A stretch of 64,000 nt of DNA from Anaerolineae bacterium (GCA_963675785.1 OY776562.1:1376001-1440000), one strand, 5' to 3'. Positions 38,921 through 49,161 are shown, counted from the first letter of the stretch. Numbers and translations are program-made. The notes: generated by a model not told the origin, from the sequence alone.

Positions 38921-39315
38921 AGCCGGCGAGCGTAAATATCCGCCGCCATGATGACGCCATCCACCATGGGGAAAAAGGGTTCGACGAAATAGCCGGTTCT
39001 CAATCTTCCGCCCATATCAACTCCGCCTATCAACTATTTGAGGACGAGTTGGCAACCATGCTGGCGCCATCGGGCAGTCTAGCATGTTGGCCGGGATTGA
39101 CCAGAAGGAGTTTGCGGTGCTTGCGCTGCCGCGGTGTATGGCGGTAGAATGGTTCTCAGTGGCTCTGAGGTTGGTTTTTGGCGTATGTTAGGAATTTGTA
39201 AGGGTTTGGGGATTGAGGGAGTGGGAGCGTTACCGAGACTATCCACCGTACTAGCAAGATGCGAGCGTAGTTGCAGCCAGACATATTCCCATCACTGAAA
39301 AGAGGACCTGGCAAA

Positions 39316-40182
39316 ATGGAATGCGGTCCTGTTGATGCCAAGGACAGATCAGCCGAACCAACTGCTCCTGTAACTTTCTTGTTCTGGAACATTCACAAGA
39401 AGATGATTCTCGACACTGTGGTGCAACTGGCGCACAATGAGGCCGTCGATGTGCTCATTCTGGCGGAGAGCATCATTTCGACTGCTGAGATGGTAGCCGC
39501 GCTTAGTTCAAGCCAAGCCAGACACTACTACTACGCAGGCGCTGGGGTCTCCGACCACATTCAGGTGTATACGCGTTTCCCTACACGATTATGCAGACCT
39601 ATCTGGGACGAAGGCGGCCTTTCAGCCTATGGGCTGAGCCCGCCCGTCGGCCAAGATATCGTGTTCATAGCAGCACACCTTAGCAGCAAGCTGCACCAAA
39701 CCGATGATGAACAGGCTCTTGCCTGCTCAAGGCTTAGGGAATTCATTGATCGAGTTGAGCAAGAGCAAGGACACCATCGTACTGTTCTGATCGGCGATCT
39801 CAACATGGATCCATTTGAAAGTGGCCTTACCGGCTCAGAAGGTCTCCATGCAATTATGGATAGACAGATTGCGGGCCGGAACATCCGGCGTGTGAAGGGG
39901 CTAAACCGACACTTCTTCTACAACCCCATGTGGAGCCTACTTGGCGACCTGTCACCAGGACCTCCCGGAACGTACTACTATCCCGGTTCAGGCATCGTCG
40001 AGCTCTTCTGGCACACGTTCGACCAAGTCCTGCTGAGACCGGAGCTCATATACTCCTTCCGACCGGAAACGCTTCGTGTCATCGACAAAAGCCAGCAACT
40101 ACGGCTGGTCACGGCCAAGGGTCGCCCAGACAAGAATCACGGGTCGGACCATCTACCTATTTCACTGACACTTCATCTGTAA
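39316..40182 (+). CDS. Endonuclease/exonuclease/phosphatase (EEP) family protein
   Basis: FLFWNI, ILAE, AAHL.S, LIGDLN, FDQVLL, GSDHLPI; start 39316 (or 39271) uncertain. Confidence 0.87.
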   Translation: MECGPVDAKDRSAEPTAPVTFLFWNIHKKMILDTVVQLAHNEAVDVLILAESIISTAEMVAALSSSQARHYYYAGAGVSDHIQVYTRFPTRLCRPIWDEGGLSAYGLSPPVGQDIVFIAAHLSSKLHQTDDEQALACSRLREFIDRVEQEQGHHRTVLIGDLNMDPFESGLTGSEGLHAIMDRQIAGRNIRRVKGLNRHFFYNPMWSLLGDLSPGPPGTYYYPGSGIVELFWHTFDQVLLRPELIYSFRPETLRVIDKSQQLRLVTAKGRPDKNHGSDHLPISLTLHL

Positions 40183-40194
40183 AGGAGCAGAGTC

Positions 40195-40584
40195 ATGAAC
40201 AGCGAAAGCCTTTGGGGAGATCTGACTGATTTGCATAGAGACAAATCGCCAAAACAATTACTTGAGGAACAGGCTCAATTGCTCAACGAGATAGTCCAGG
40301 GTTTGTTATGTGCGACTGTCGAGATCGCCATTCATGGAAGCAATATGTCAGTTAATTTGATAATAGTTGCCCCAGCACTCAACAACTACCGTTATTCTGT
40401 ATTATCTATATTCTATGATCCTGCCAATATGTATCCCGTGCACGTGAAGAACGCTACTGTCGAATCCAGTCCCTTGGTCAAATGCTCCTCGGAGTCAGAA
40501 TTCGTCGAGTGTCTTAGGGTCATTCTCTCATCATCCGTTGTGCGCAAAGCCATCGGCTCACTCATCTCTCACTCCGAAAAGTGA
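40195..40584 (+). CDS. Hypothetical protein, coupled to EEP gene
   Basis: AAGGAG RBS directly after EEP stop; SLW...P..LL.EQA..L, APALNNYRY, YPV. Confidence 0.8.
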   Translation: MNSESLWGDLTDLHRDKSPKQLLEEQAQLLNEIVQGLLCATVEIAIHGSNMSVNLIIVAPALNNYRYSVLSIFYDPANMYPVHVKNATVESSPLVKCSSESEFVECLRVILSSSVVRKAIGSLISHSEK

Positions 40585-40668
40585 GCCCCAGGCTCTGCCG
40601 CTTGGGGCCCTCCCCAGAAGCGCATGACAACCAACCAAACCGACGACACCACACACCAACCGCTACCG

Positions 40669-40723
40669 AGTCTCCCCGAAAGGGGAGACTTTGCATCCCT
40701 TGCACCAGACTTTAGTCCGGTGC
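40669..40723 (+). repeat. REP-like two-hairpin element variant
   Basis: agtctcccc-gaaa-ggggagact, ttgcatccct, tgcaccagac-ttta-gtccggtgc. Confidence 0.7.
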
Positions 40724-40846
40724 CTCCCCCTTCTTCTCCCGCGTCAGGCTGAACCCGCGTCAGCAGACTGACGAGCGTTATCCCTACAAACCCTTCCCTT
40801 CGGGAAGGCTCATCTGCAGCCGTACGCCACCCACCGCCCACCGCAC

Positions 40847-40901
40847 AGCCTCTGCGCAGCAGAGGGTTCGGAACTCGTAGCACCAGGGTTTAGCCTCGTG
40901 C
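40847..40901 (+). repeat. REP-like two-hairpin element variant (family A second hairpin)
   Basis: cctctgc-gca-gcagagg, spacer, gtagcaccagggtttagcctcgtgc. Confidence 0.75.
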
Positions 40902-41038
40902 ACACTATCAGAACACCCTATGGAGAAGCAGGCACAAGCCTGTTTCTCCCAAGCTTGCCCGTAGGGCAAGCAGCACTTTACCTCCGCCCCGCCCTCGCCT
41001 ACAATACCCTCAAACTCATCCGCACAAGGACGAATCCC

Positions 41039-43768
41039 ATGCAAGATACACACGATCTCAACCTACCGGCCTGGGGACCCTATACCAAAAAGTACATGGG
41101 CATCTCGCACATTCCCGACCCCGATTCCGGCGTTCGCTTTGACCTGTCCGTCTTTCCTGGCTATTACCGCGGCCAAGTTCGCGTGCCCAACGTCATGTGG
41201 GAGAATGGCTACCACCCCTGGGAGGCCTCGCCCGATCTGACCTATTTCTGCCACCGCCACGATCTCGAGTGGAAGGATCAGGTCTACGCCGATATCTCTT
41301 TCTCGCGCATCGATGACGCCGCCAGCCTCATTCGCGCCGAGCTGGTCAATAACACCGATATCCCCCAGAACCTGGTACTGCACTATATGGCCTCGCTGCA
41401 TCTGCCAGCCCTGGAGCCCTACCGCACCGAGCCGGTGCTGCTGCGTCCCTTGCAGCCGCCCGCCAAAACCCTCTGGGTAGAGGGTGTCGCTACCGATAGC
41501 CTGACCCTGCACGATACTGCGCCTACCGATAATCTCGTGCCCGATGGCCGCTTCCGCTGCGAGACCCGCGATGGCCGCTATGTCCACGGTTCGGCCCTGG
41601 GCCAGCGCTTTAGCGCCTTCCCTGGCGATTCCGCCAGCTACACCTTTCATGTCGAGCAAGATTATGTCAATGCGGTGCTAGTCCTGCACCTTCACCTGCG
41701 TCTGGGAGATTCCTGCGCCCTTCAGCTCTCCGGCCTCAGCCAGGAGGCCATCACCATCAGCGGCGAGCCCGACACGCTCCACACCGTCACCATGCCCATC
41801 GGCGCTCTGCTCTCTGGTGACCACACCATCGCCCTCACCATGGTTTCCGGTGAACCCGTCGCAGTCGACGGCCTGGGCCTGGTCGAGATGGATGACCTTG
41901 ACGGCGTCTCTTTCGAGACCGAGCCCGTCGATTTCGTCCCCCAAATCGTCGATGGCCCCACTGAGCAGTCTATCCTGCTCAAATACGCCGACGCTGATCC
42001 TTGGTACGGCGTCGCCTGGGATTACCCCGATTTCTGGGTGCGCGAGTTCCGTTATGAGGAGTTGGACACTTCCATGCCCTACAACGTCCACCATCACACC
42101 TCCCACGTGCTCGGCAACTCGGATCGCGGCCATTACACCAACATCTTTATGAGGCCGATCACCATCGAGCCGCACAGCACCCATGTGGTCTTCGGATTGG
42201 TGTGTAGTGGGGAGCGAGAAACCATCACCGAGCGCCTATCGCGCTTTCCTATGGGCCGCACGACGTTGAATGGCCTCTATGCATCGGCTCGCGCGCGGAG
42301 GGCCAATCCGGCCGCGGGCACGCTTTTGCCCTCCGGCTCTGCCTCCGTCGATATCACCGCCAGCCAGGAGCGCATGGCTGCCACTATCCTCACCAACGTG
42401 GTTTATCCCGTCTACCTGCGCGACCCCCTGCGCAATTGCGGCACCCACGTGCGCCACGCCTGCCCCGGCCGCTGGTGGGATTCCCTCTACACCTGGGATT
42501 CTGGCTTTATCGGGCTGGGCTTTGCCACCATGGACGAGACCCGTACCGTCGATAACCTCAACGCCTACATGCAGCCCCCCGGCGATCAGACCGCCGCTTT
42601 TCTGCACCACGGCAGCCCGGTACCCGTACAGTTCTATCTCTTCAAAGACCTGTGGGATCGCACTCAGAACCGCGATTACCTGGCCTATTTCTATCCGCGC
42701 CTGCAGCAGTACCATCGCTTTATGGCCGGGCGCCTGGGCAGCAGCACCACCCGCGCTCTGCCCTCCAACCTGCTCAAAACCTGGGATTATTTCTACAACT
42801 CGGGCGGCTGGGATGACTATCCCCCACAGGTAGCCGTACACATGTCCGGCACCGAAGCCACCACCGCCCCCATGATTAGCTCTTGCCAGGTCATCCGCAC
42901 GGCGCGCATGATGCGGGCCATGCACCGCTTGCTGGATATCCCCGCCGCCGAAAGCGAATACACCGACGACATTTCCGCCCTCTCAGAGGCCGTGCTGGCC
43001 AACGCCTGGGACGAAGAGTCTGGCTACTTTGGCTATGTCGTGCACGATGCCGCCGGCAAGCCGGATCATATCCTCCGCCATGAACCCAGCGGCGCCAACT
43101 ATGACATGGGACTCGATGGTCTCTACCCGCTCGTGGCAGGTATAGGCACCGCTGCCCAGCGTGAGCGCATGTTGGGCCACCTCACCAACCGTAAGGAGAT
43201 CTATTCCCGCATCGGTCTCTCGGCAGTGGATCAAACGGCGCCCTATTACACCCACGACGGCTATTGGAACGGCACCGTCTGGCTCTCGCAGCAGTGGTTC
43301 TTCTGGAAGGCCTTGTTGGATTATGGACAGGCCAACCTGGCCGCCGATATAGCCCACACCGGCTTGGATCTGTGGGCCGGCGAAGTCGCCGCCACCTACA
43401 ACTGCTACGAGCATTTCATCATCGAATCGGGTCGTGGCGCAGGCTGGCACTGCTTTGGCGGACTCTCTTCGCCCGCACTGCAATGGTTCGACGCTCTCTA
43501 TCATCCGGGTCGTGTCACCGTCGGTCTGGATTCCTGGGTGCTCTCTCGTGAGGCCTCGGCCGATAACAATCTCATCTCTGTCCACCTTTGGCGCCCCGAT
43601 GGCACCACGCCCTGGAGCGTCTTGGTCGTGCCCGGCAAAGCCAGCGGTGAGGTTCAGACCCGCTGGAACGGCGAACTCGTCACCGCCGAACGCCTCTACA
43701 CCGGCGCCCTGGCCATCACCCTCCCCGCCGATGCCCGCGATGGCACCCTCGACGTCAGCATCATCTAA
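41039..43768 (+). CDS. Glycoside hydrolase, MGH1/GH63-like (alpha/alpha)6 barrel
   Basis: WGPY, LYTWDSGF, SGGWDDYP, YWNG.VW, YEHF, FGGLS; ATG 41039 behind AAGGA. Confidence 0.82.
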   Translation: MQDTHDLNLPAWGPYTKKYMGISHIPDPDSGVRFDLSVFPGYYRGQVRVPNVMWENGYHPWEASPDLTYFCHRHDLEWKDQVYADISFSRIDDAASLIRAELVNNTDIPQNLVLHYMASLHLPALEPYRTEPVLLRPLQPPAKTLWVEGVATDSLTLHDTAPTDNLVPDGRFRCETRDGRYVHGSALGQRFSAFPGDSASYTFHVEQDYVNAVLVLHLHLRLGDSCALQLSGLSQEAITISGEPDTLHTVTMPIGALLSGDHTIALTMVSGEPVAVDGLGLVEMDDLDGVSFETEPVDFVPQIVDGPTEQSILLKYADADPWYGVAWDYPDFWVREFRYEELDTSMPYNVHHHTSHVLGNSDRGHYTNIFMRPITIEPHSTHVVFGLVCSGERETITERLSRFPMGRTTLNGLYASARARRANPAAGTLLPSGSASVDITASQERMAATILTNVVYPVYLRDPLRNCGTHVRHACPGRWWDSLYTWDSGFIGLGFATMDETRTVDNLNAYMQPPGDQTAAFLHHGSPVPVQFYLFKDLWDRTQNRDYLAYFYPRLQQYHRFMAGRLGSSTTRALPSNLLKTWDYFYNSGGWDDYPPQVAVHMSGTEATTAPMISSCQVIRTARMMRAMHRLLDIPAAESEYTDDISALSEAVLANAWDEESGYFGYVVHDAAGKPDHILRHEPSGANYDMGLDGLYPLVAGIGTAAQRERMLGHLTNRKEIYSRIGLSAVDQTAPYYTHDGYWNGTVWLSQQWFFWKALLDYGQANLAADIAHTGLDLWAGEVAATYNCYEHFIIESGRGAGWHCFGGLSSPALQWFDALYHPGRVTVGLDSWVLSREASADNNLISVHLWRPDGTTPWSVLVVPGKASGEVQTRWNGELVTAERLYTGALAITLPADARDGTLDVSII

Positions 43769-43993
43769 AACCAAACGAGGTGAGGGTTTCCCCCTCACCT
43801 CGTCTCTTTCTGCCTCTCAACCTGCTTTTCAAACCTGCACGTCCGTCCATACAATATGACGGCTGTATCTGAGGTTCAACATACTGAAACAGTCTCCGCA
43901 GGAGACTGGGCTCTCGTAGCGCCAGATTTCAATCTGGCGTATGTAAAACCAAACGAGGTGAGGGGTTCTCCCTCACCTCGTTCTTTTTCTGCC
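43766..43993 (+). terminator. Duplicated intrinsic terminator (43766-43814 and 43944-43993) bracketing a REP-like element (43890-43940)
   Basis: taaaaccaaacgaggtgaggg...ccctcacctcgt + T-rich tail occurs twice. Confidence 0.8.
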
Positions 43994-44022
43994 CTTTGGA
44001 CATAGCCCCACTTACAACCCTA

Positions 44023-44310
44023 TGTCCGCAGAACACCTAAACCTAGGCCCCGCACCACAGTGCGTCCGCACCTACGGTGCGGCGAGACCTCAGTGACCGC
44101 AGGTCGCCAATCCCGACCTATTGAACCAAATCTCCACTCATCTAGCCTAGGTACAATCCAGTGGATTGTACCTAGGGTTTGCATAGATAGCACGAGGGTT
44201 TATTAGCCTCGTGCTATAACCCCGCACTTACAACCCTATGTCCGCAGGACACCTTACCCTAGGCCGGAGATGTCCAGCCGGAGCTTGCGACGGCAAAATC
44301 CCGGCCTAAT
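44023..44310 (+). repeat. Cluster of REP-like elements B-A-B
   Basis: B 44023-44120, A 44144-44216, B 44239-44308. Confidence 0.85.
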
Positions 44311-44342
44311 CGAACCAGGCTTCCACCTTTTCCTTTATCCCC

Positions 44343-44882
44343 TTATCTCACACAGCCTTCAACGTCAGACTCCCGATACGCGTAATAACCCGCGCCGGGC
44401 CTAAAGCCCTGAGAAGATGTAAAGCCATACTTGCCAATGACCTTTAACCGCACAGGCGTATGTGCCGCTTTGATAACCAGTGTCTCGACCGCGAAATCCG
44501 CGATAAAACTGTCCATCGCCAGAGTGACAAGCTCACCGATGTACTTTTCCGTCTCATAAGCAGTCGCGATATCGATTCGCAAAATGCCATACTCCCCGCC
44601 GAATATCTCGACCGTCCCCACAGCCTTACCGCTCGCCTTGGCAATAATCGAGAACCTGACATAGGCACCTCTGGCATATTCATCCAGCCAAAAGGTGATG
44701 CATTCACGCATCTGCTCGAACGTCGTGTAATAAAAATCGCTCGTGCAATGATCTGCGTTCATGTTCGCAACCGCTTTTCGGTCGGAATAACACGCTAGCA
44801 GATCGTTGGCGTCATTCTCTTGCACCAGGCGTAGGGTAAAACTTGGCGTTTCATACACCGGGCATTCTTCATAGGGATTCAT
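44343..44882 (-). CDS. GNAT-family N-acetyltransferase (RimJ/L-like)
   Basis: LRLV...DA.DLL.CYSD, RFSII.K..GKAVGTVE.F, K.GF; ATG 44882 behind GAGGA. Confidence 0.8.
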   Translation of the reverse strand: MNPYEECPVYETPSFTLRLVQENDANDLLACYSDRKAVANMNADHCTSDFYYTTFEQMRECITFWLDEYARGAYVRFSIIAKASGKAVGTVEIFGGEYGILRIDIATAYETEKYIGELVTLAMDSFIADFAVETLVIKAAHTPVRLKVIGKYGFTSSQGFRPGAGYYAYRESDVEGCVR

Positions 44883-44929
44883 TGCCACGTCCTCTCTTCT
44901 TTGCAAGAACAGCGAAAGCTGTCACTTCG

Positions 44930-45139
44930 CTAGCCTAGAGACAATCCAGTGGATTGTCTCTAGGGTTTGCAACCATAGCACGTGCCCTGCTTTGTAGGGC
45001 CGGTTTATCCTCGTGCTATAACCCCGCACTATAACCCTATGTCCGCAGGATATCTTGCCCTAGGCCCCGCACCATAGGTGCGTCCGCACCGTACGCCATG
45101 ATCTCAGCCGGAGCTTGCGACGGCAAATCCCGGCCTATC
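44930..45139 (+). repeat. Composite A-B element, direct repeat of 44142-44310
   Basis: cctagagacaatcc-agt-ggattgtctctagg ... ctcgtgctataaccccgcact ... tgtccgcagga ... agccggagcttgcgacggcaaatcccggccta. Confidence 0.85.
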
Positions 45140-45159
45140 TGACTCAAAAAACATCCCCT

Positions 45160-46173
45160 TTACAACGCCTTCAACAGCGTCCCCAACGCCTTGGTCATCG
45201 CCGACGCATAAACCGCCTCATCCACCACCTCAAAGATAAAGCGACCGACCTTACCCTCAACGATCTCCCAATTTGTCTCGCCCGCATCGGTGCAACTCAC
45301 CTTGATCGGCACAAAGCGGAACACACTGTCCGCGCATTCCTCCAGCGGCAGCAACTCGCCAGATCTGCTCACCGTCAGCCCGCCAGCGTGCAGCAAACTG
45401 GCCGTCGACCACATGTTGCGCTGCTGCGCCATGAAATACGTCCAGGTGCGCTCGTCCAAGGGACGCCGTAAATACGTCAGCCAGCGATGGCTTGGCTCCT
45501 GGTCGAACATATACAGAAAATACTTTTGCGCGTCTTCGCGCAGGCCGGGCAGCACCTTTTCGTGATCAAAGCGCCAAAACGTCCCATGCTGCCCCACCGC
45601 ATGATGCTCCGTCATGTGCCAGCAGGGGCACCAATAGAGCGGGCAGGGCAGATCGAACAGCGCCGCGTACCCCGCCGGGTTCAACTCCACGTTGAATTCC
45701 AGCTTGCCCGGCATATCGGGGTTGGGCACAGCACTACCCGAATTGAGATACACCGCCGCGCACTTGGCCGCAAACAGCTCAGGCTCCAGCTTGCTGGCCA
45801 CGGCAATATCCGTCGCGCCACCCACCACACTGATGACCACCGGTTCCTCGGCGTGTCGCAGTGTATCCAGCACAAAGCGCACCGCCGCGCTGTCCTCTCG
45901 CGCCGTAGCGGGCGTGGTATCGTTCCTTGAGGTCATGAGCTTGGACGTGCCCACCGCCACCGGCGTCACCAGGCCAGTCAGGCGCTGCAACTGGGCCACG
46001 GCCCCCAGGGCGGGATCGCCGCGTCGCCGCGGGGGCGGGTAATCGATAACCACGCTGCGTAGCGTCAGCCGCCCTTGCGCTGCCAACGCGTACACCGTAG
46101 CTAAATCGAAATGGTCATCTGGATCGCCATGTGGATGGAATATATCGGTTTGGTGAATTAATGAAACTGCCAT
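45160..46173 (-). CDS. Nucleoside hydrolase-like protein
   Basis: N-terminal TD....DPDD.FDL aspartate cluster, VVGGATD.A, EFNV. Confidence 0.7.
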   Translation of the reverse strand: MAVSLIHQTDIFHPHGDPDDHFDLATVYALAAQGRLTLRSVVIDYPPPRRRGDPALGAVAQLQRLTGLVTPVAVGTSKLMTSRNDTTPATAREDSAAVRFVLDTLRHAEEPVVISVVGGATDIAVASKLEPELFAAKCAAVYLNSGSAVPNPDMPGKLEFNVELNPAGYAALFDLPCPLYWCPCWHMTEHHAVGQHGTFWRFDHEKVLPGLREDAQKYFLYMFDQEPSHRWLTYLRRPLDERTWTYFMAQQRNMWSTASLLHAGGLTVSRSGELLPLEECADSVFRFVPIKVSCTDAGETNWEIVEGKVGRFIFEVVDEAVYASAMTKALGTLLKAL

Positions 46174-46196
46174 TGTGCATCTCCCTCAAGAAAAGC

Positions 46197-47318
46197 TCAA
46201 TCTTTCTTGAAAACGGCCTTGACCGCTTCTAGATAGCCATAGCCATACAGGTCGTCGGGCTGCAAATAGCTCGTCTCCGTCCACTCGTTCCAACTGTTGA
46301 TCGTGATGAGCGGCGCCTGCTCGGGATGCGCGTCCACGTAATCCCGCGCTGCTTCCAAAGCCCGCTGGATATTCTCCGGCGTGTTGTTCTTTACCACCCC
46401 CGGCTTGAATTCGATGAAACGCGGGTTGTTGTCCCACCCCATAGAAACATGCGGATAATAGGGAATGTCGTATGACGCTTCCATCAGCGCCCAGGCCTTG
46501 CCCATATCGGGGATGATCTCGCCATAATCGCGATCGATATGGGTGTAATGCACCATCTGGTAATGCGTCTGGCTGTCGAACCCCATGCGTTCGAGCACCG
46601 CATTGGGCGTGGCCGATGCGCCCGTATCCACGCCGCTCAGGTTCAGCGTGTGAGCCCCGCGGCTGGCTAACTGCAAGTGCAGCCCCTTCAGCCCAGCCTT
46701 TTCAGTCTCTTCCCTGAACCAGGCCAACGCCTCGGCCGTCTCTTCGATGCCGCCCAATCCGCTGACCAGGTTATTGAGATCATAAATCATCAGCACCGGC
46801 TTGCCCTCGATGGTGTAATACGAGGGGTGCGTGAAATAGTTGTCGATCATGCGGTGAGCGATGACCTCGAACTCACGCCGGTCCACCGCGGCCTGCCAGA
46901 TGATGTTGCCATTGACCCCCGAGATGCGCCTGTCCCACAGATGGGTCACATCGTGGTTGGCCCACATCAGGTAGAACTTGACGCGATCGTTGTTGCGGGC
47001 CTGCAAATAGCCATTATCCAGGCATTGCGCCAAGAACGGCCGCCCATCGTACCAGTACCAGTCATAGATGAACACGTTCACGCCGTGGTCGGCCGCGGCG
47101 TTGATCTGCATCTCCATCACATAGGGGTCGGCCTCGTTACAATAGCCCCACAATGGCCGACGCGGCCAGGTGTGCCCGGGATACTTGGCCGTTGCCTTGC
47201 GCACCGTCTCCCACTCGCCGTTACCCTCCGGCCAAAACATGCGCGTGCGCGGCTCATCCCCCGTGTACGAGGGCCAAATGTAGGCAGCAACATCGTAGGT
47301 TCGCTTGGTCTCGCTCAA
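46197..47318 (-). CDS. GH99-like / WbsX-family glycoside hydrolase
   Basis: EW..V, PLWGY.NE.DP, F.YDWYW, MWANH, GWDN.PR, INSWNEW.E.SYL.PD. Confidence 0.85.
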   Translation of the reverse strand: MSETKRTYDVAAYIWPSYTGDEPRTRMFWPEGNGEWETVRKATAKYPGHTWPRRPLWGYCNEADPYVMEMQINAAADHGVNVFIYDWYWYDGRPFLAQCLDNGYLQARNNDRVKFYLMWANHDVTHLWDRRISGVNGNIIWQAAVDRREFEVIAHRMIDNYFTHPSYYTIEGKPVLMIYDLNNLVSGLGGIEETAEALAWFREETEKAGLKGLHLQLASRGAHTLNLSGVDTGASATPNAVLERMGFDSQTHYQMVHYTHIDRDYGEIIPDMGKAWALMEASYDIPYYPHVSMGWDNNPRFIEFKPGVVKNNTPENIQRALEAARDYVDAHPEQAPLITINSWNEWTETSYLQPDDLYGYGYLEAVKAVFKKD

Positions 47319-47635
47319 GATTCACGCTCCTCGCAAGTATCAAAAACTGTGGCGCCCAGTATGGCGCAGAGGTACGTGCTTGTAAAACGCTAGAAAGCCA
47401 GAGTTCCGCTTTGCAGACCGTAGGGCTTGCGGTGTTTCAACCGCCACGAATCTTTCACAAGCTGACTGAATCTAGCCGCAGCCAATGGCTCTTAACATTT
47501 GGTGATAGACTAATTGCCTCTTATAGGCTAGAATTTGCCTTGATTGTGTGAGTACTTTTCACATGGTTTTATGCCTAGACGATAAAAATGATGCCTTTTT
47601 ATATCTTGTGCATTGAATAATTATGGAGAAATATC

Positions 47636-49024
47636 GTGAAACGTTTTTTATCTTGGTTTCTAGCCATTGGTCTAATGATCATTTCGTTGTTGCCGAGTTT
47701 TCAGGCAGAACCGCTCAGGGCTGAGTCAACTGGCTACTGGCAGCTCGATTCGACTGATTTTGATCTCAAGCCGAATACAGAACGAGACACGTACAGTATG
47801 AGTAACGGCAACGCTCAAGTTCGCACTGCAGCCGAACAAGACGTCTTTGCCGCCTCGATGACCTGGTCGGCACCGGCTGAGCGATATGAAGCCGGCGACG
47901 TGGTACAGCTGACACTGGCCATTCAGGTCGACGAATACGTCTGGGCCGGCGATCCGAGCGATCCAGACTATGATCAGGCCTACGCCGTGCTCAACCATAT
48001 GGGTGCCTCTGTCGCCGCAAGGATCGACCAGGAGGGCATCGGCTGGTCGGGCATTACGGGTTCGGCCGTTCGCCTCCTAGACACCGATGGTGAGAATTAT
48101 CTCAAGGTCACTGCCGATATGGGGCAGGTCGGGGTGGCCAGCGCCTCAGCGCAGGTATCGGGCGTGTTTCCCACGGGATGGAATGACGGCGACATGCGTA
48201 CCGTCTATGTCACCTGCAACGCTGGCGCGATCCGCTACAACTACCGTTGGTATGTTCCTGATGCACCTCCGACTGCCCTACCCACGCCGGAAGAAGCCAC
48301 CGCTCAACCTACTAGTACCTCTTGGTCCATTCCAACTAGCGAGCCGCCACCATGTCTCGGGGCCGGTATTGTTCGCTTTGGCGACCTTCGTGGGGAAGTC
48401 AATGTTCGCCCCAACAGTGAAGATGACGATGCCTATTGTTTCGCTGAACTCAGCACGCCGCTGTGTGACGACGACCGGATCCGTACCCTGATGCGCAGCG
48501 GGGCCATTCTCTCCTGGTCGGATATGAGCACCTTTATCATGAAAGAGGACACCACGATCGTGCTGGACCTTCAATTAGAACGAGAGGGATTGATAGGGCT
48601 GGTGGCCGGGAATATCTGGGTTAACCTCCAACGTATGGCCAAAGGTCAAGGCCTGGAAGTCGAGCTGTCGCAGGCCGTTGCTGGCATCAAGGGCACCACC
48701 CTGATTTGTGAAGAGGACGGGACCACTTCAACCATCAAGGTGATTGAAGGTGATGTGCTAGTTACGCCCAATGTGGGTAAGCCGTTAACCATATCTGATG
48801 GAGAGATGGTCGTCGTATCAAGTTCCGGTGCAGGACCTATTCAACAATTCTCGGTCGAAGACGAGATGGCCACCTGGGATGAGACAGCCCAACAGATCAC
48901 AGCAGACGCTGTCGCAGAGCACGAAAGCGGCTTCCCGATTGTCGCCATAGTCGTGATCGTCGTGCTCTTGTTCGGTGCAGTCGGCGTTTTCGCATATGTC
49001 TTTATCAAGCGAAATAAAAATTAG
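47636..49024 (+). CDS. Secreted FecR-domain protein with C-terminal TM anchor
   Basis: Signal peptide, Pro/Thr linker, D.IRT, AVAGIKGT, V.EG.V, C-terminal hydrophobic helix + KRNKN. Confidence 0.75.
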   Translation: MKRFLSWFLAIGLMIISLLPSFQAEPLRAESTGYWQLDSTDFDLKPNTERDTYSMSNGNAQVRTAAEQDVFAASMTWSAPAERYEAGDVVQLTLAIQVDEYVWAGDPSDPDYDQAYAVLNHMGASVAARIDQEGIGWSGITGSAVRLLDTDGENYLKVTADMGQVGVASASAQVSGVFPTGWNDGDMRTVYVTCNAGAIRYNYRWYVPDAPPTALPTPEEATAQPTSTSWSIPTSEPPPCLGAGIVRFGDLRGEVNVRPNSEDDDAYCFAELSTPLCDDDRIRTLMRSGAILSWSDMSTFIMKEDTTIVLDLQLEREGLIGLVAGNIWVNLQRMAKGQGLEVELSQAVAGIKGTTLICEEDGTTSTIKVIEGDVLVTPNVGKPLTISDGEMVVVSSSGAGPIQQFSVEDEMATWDETAQQITADAVAEHESGFPIVAIVVIVVLLFGAVGVFAYVFIKRNKN

Positions 49025-49161
49025 GCCGCATTGCACCTGTGCTCACACCCACCAGGTATGCCCGTTAGGCGCTAGAACTTGGTCCTAGCCCACACACAAA
49101 CAAGGGGCTCCCCAACATATCGGAAGTCCCTTGTTCCAAAGCACCAGCTCACAGCAAAAGG

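Noticed and set aside
43766-45139. Possible CRISPR array or integron attC array
   Set aside because: Repeats vary in length and spacing with no unique constant-length spacers, no cas or intI gene, and no clear RYYYAAC/GTTRRRY ends
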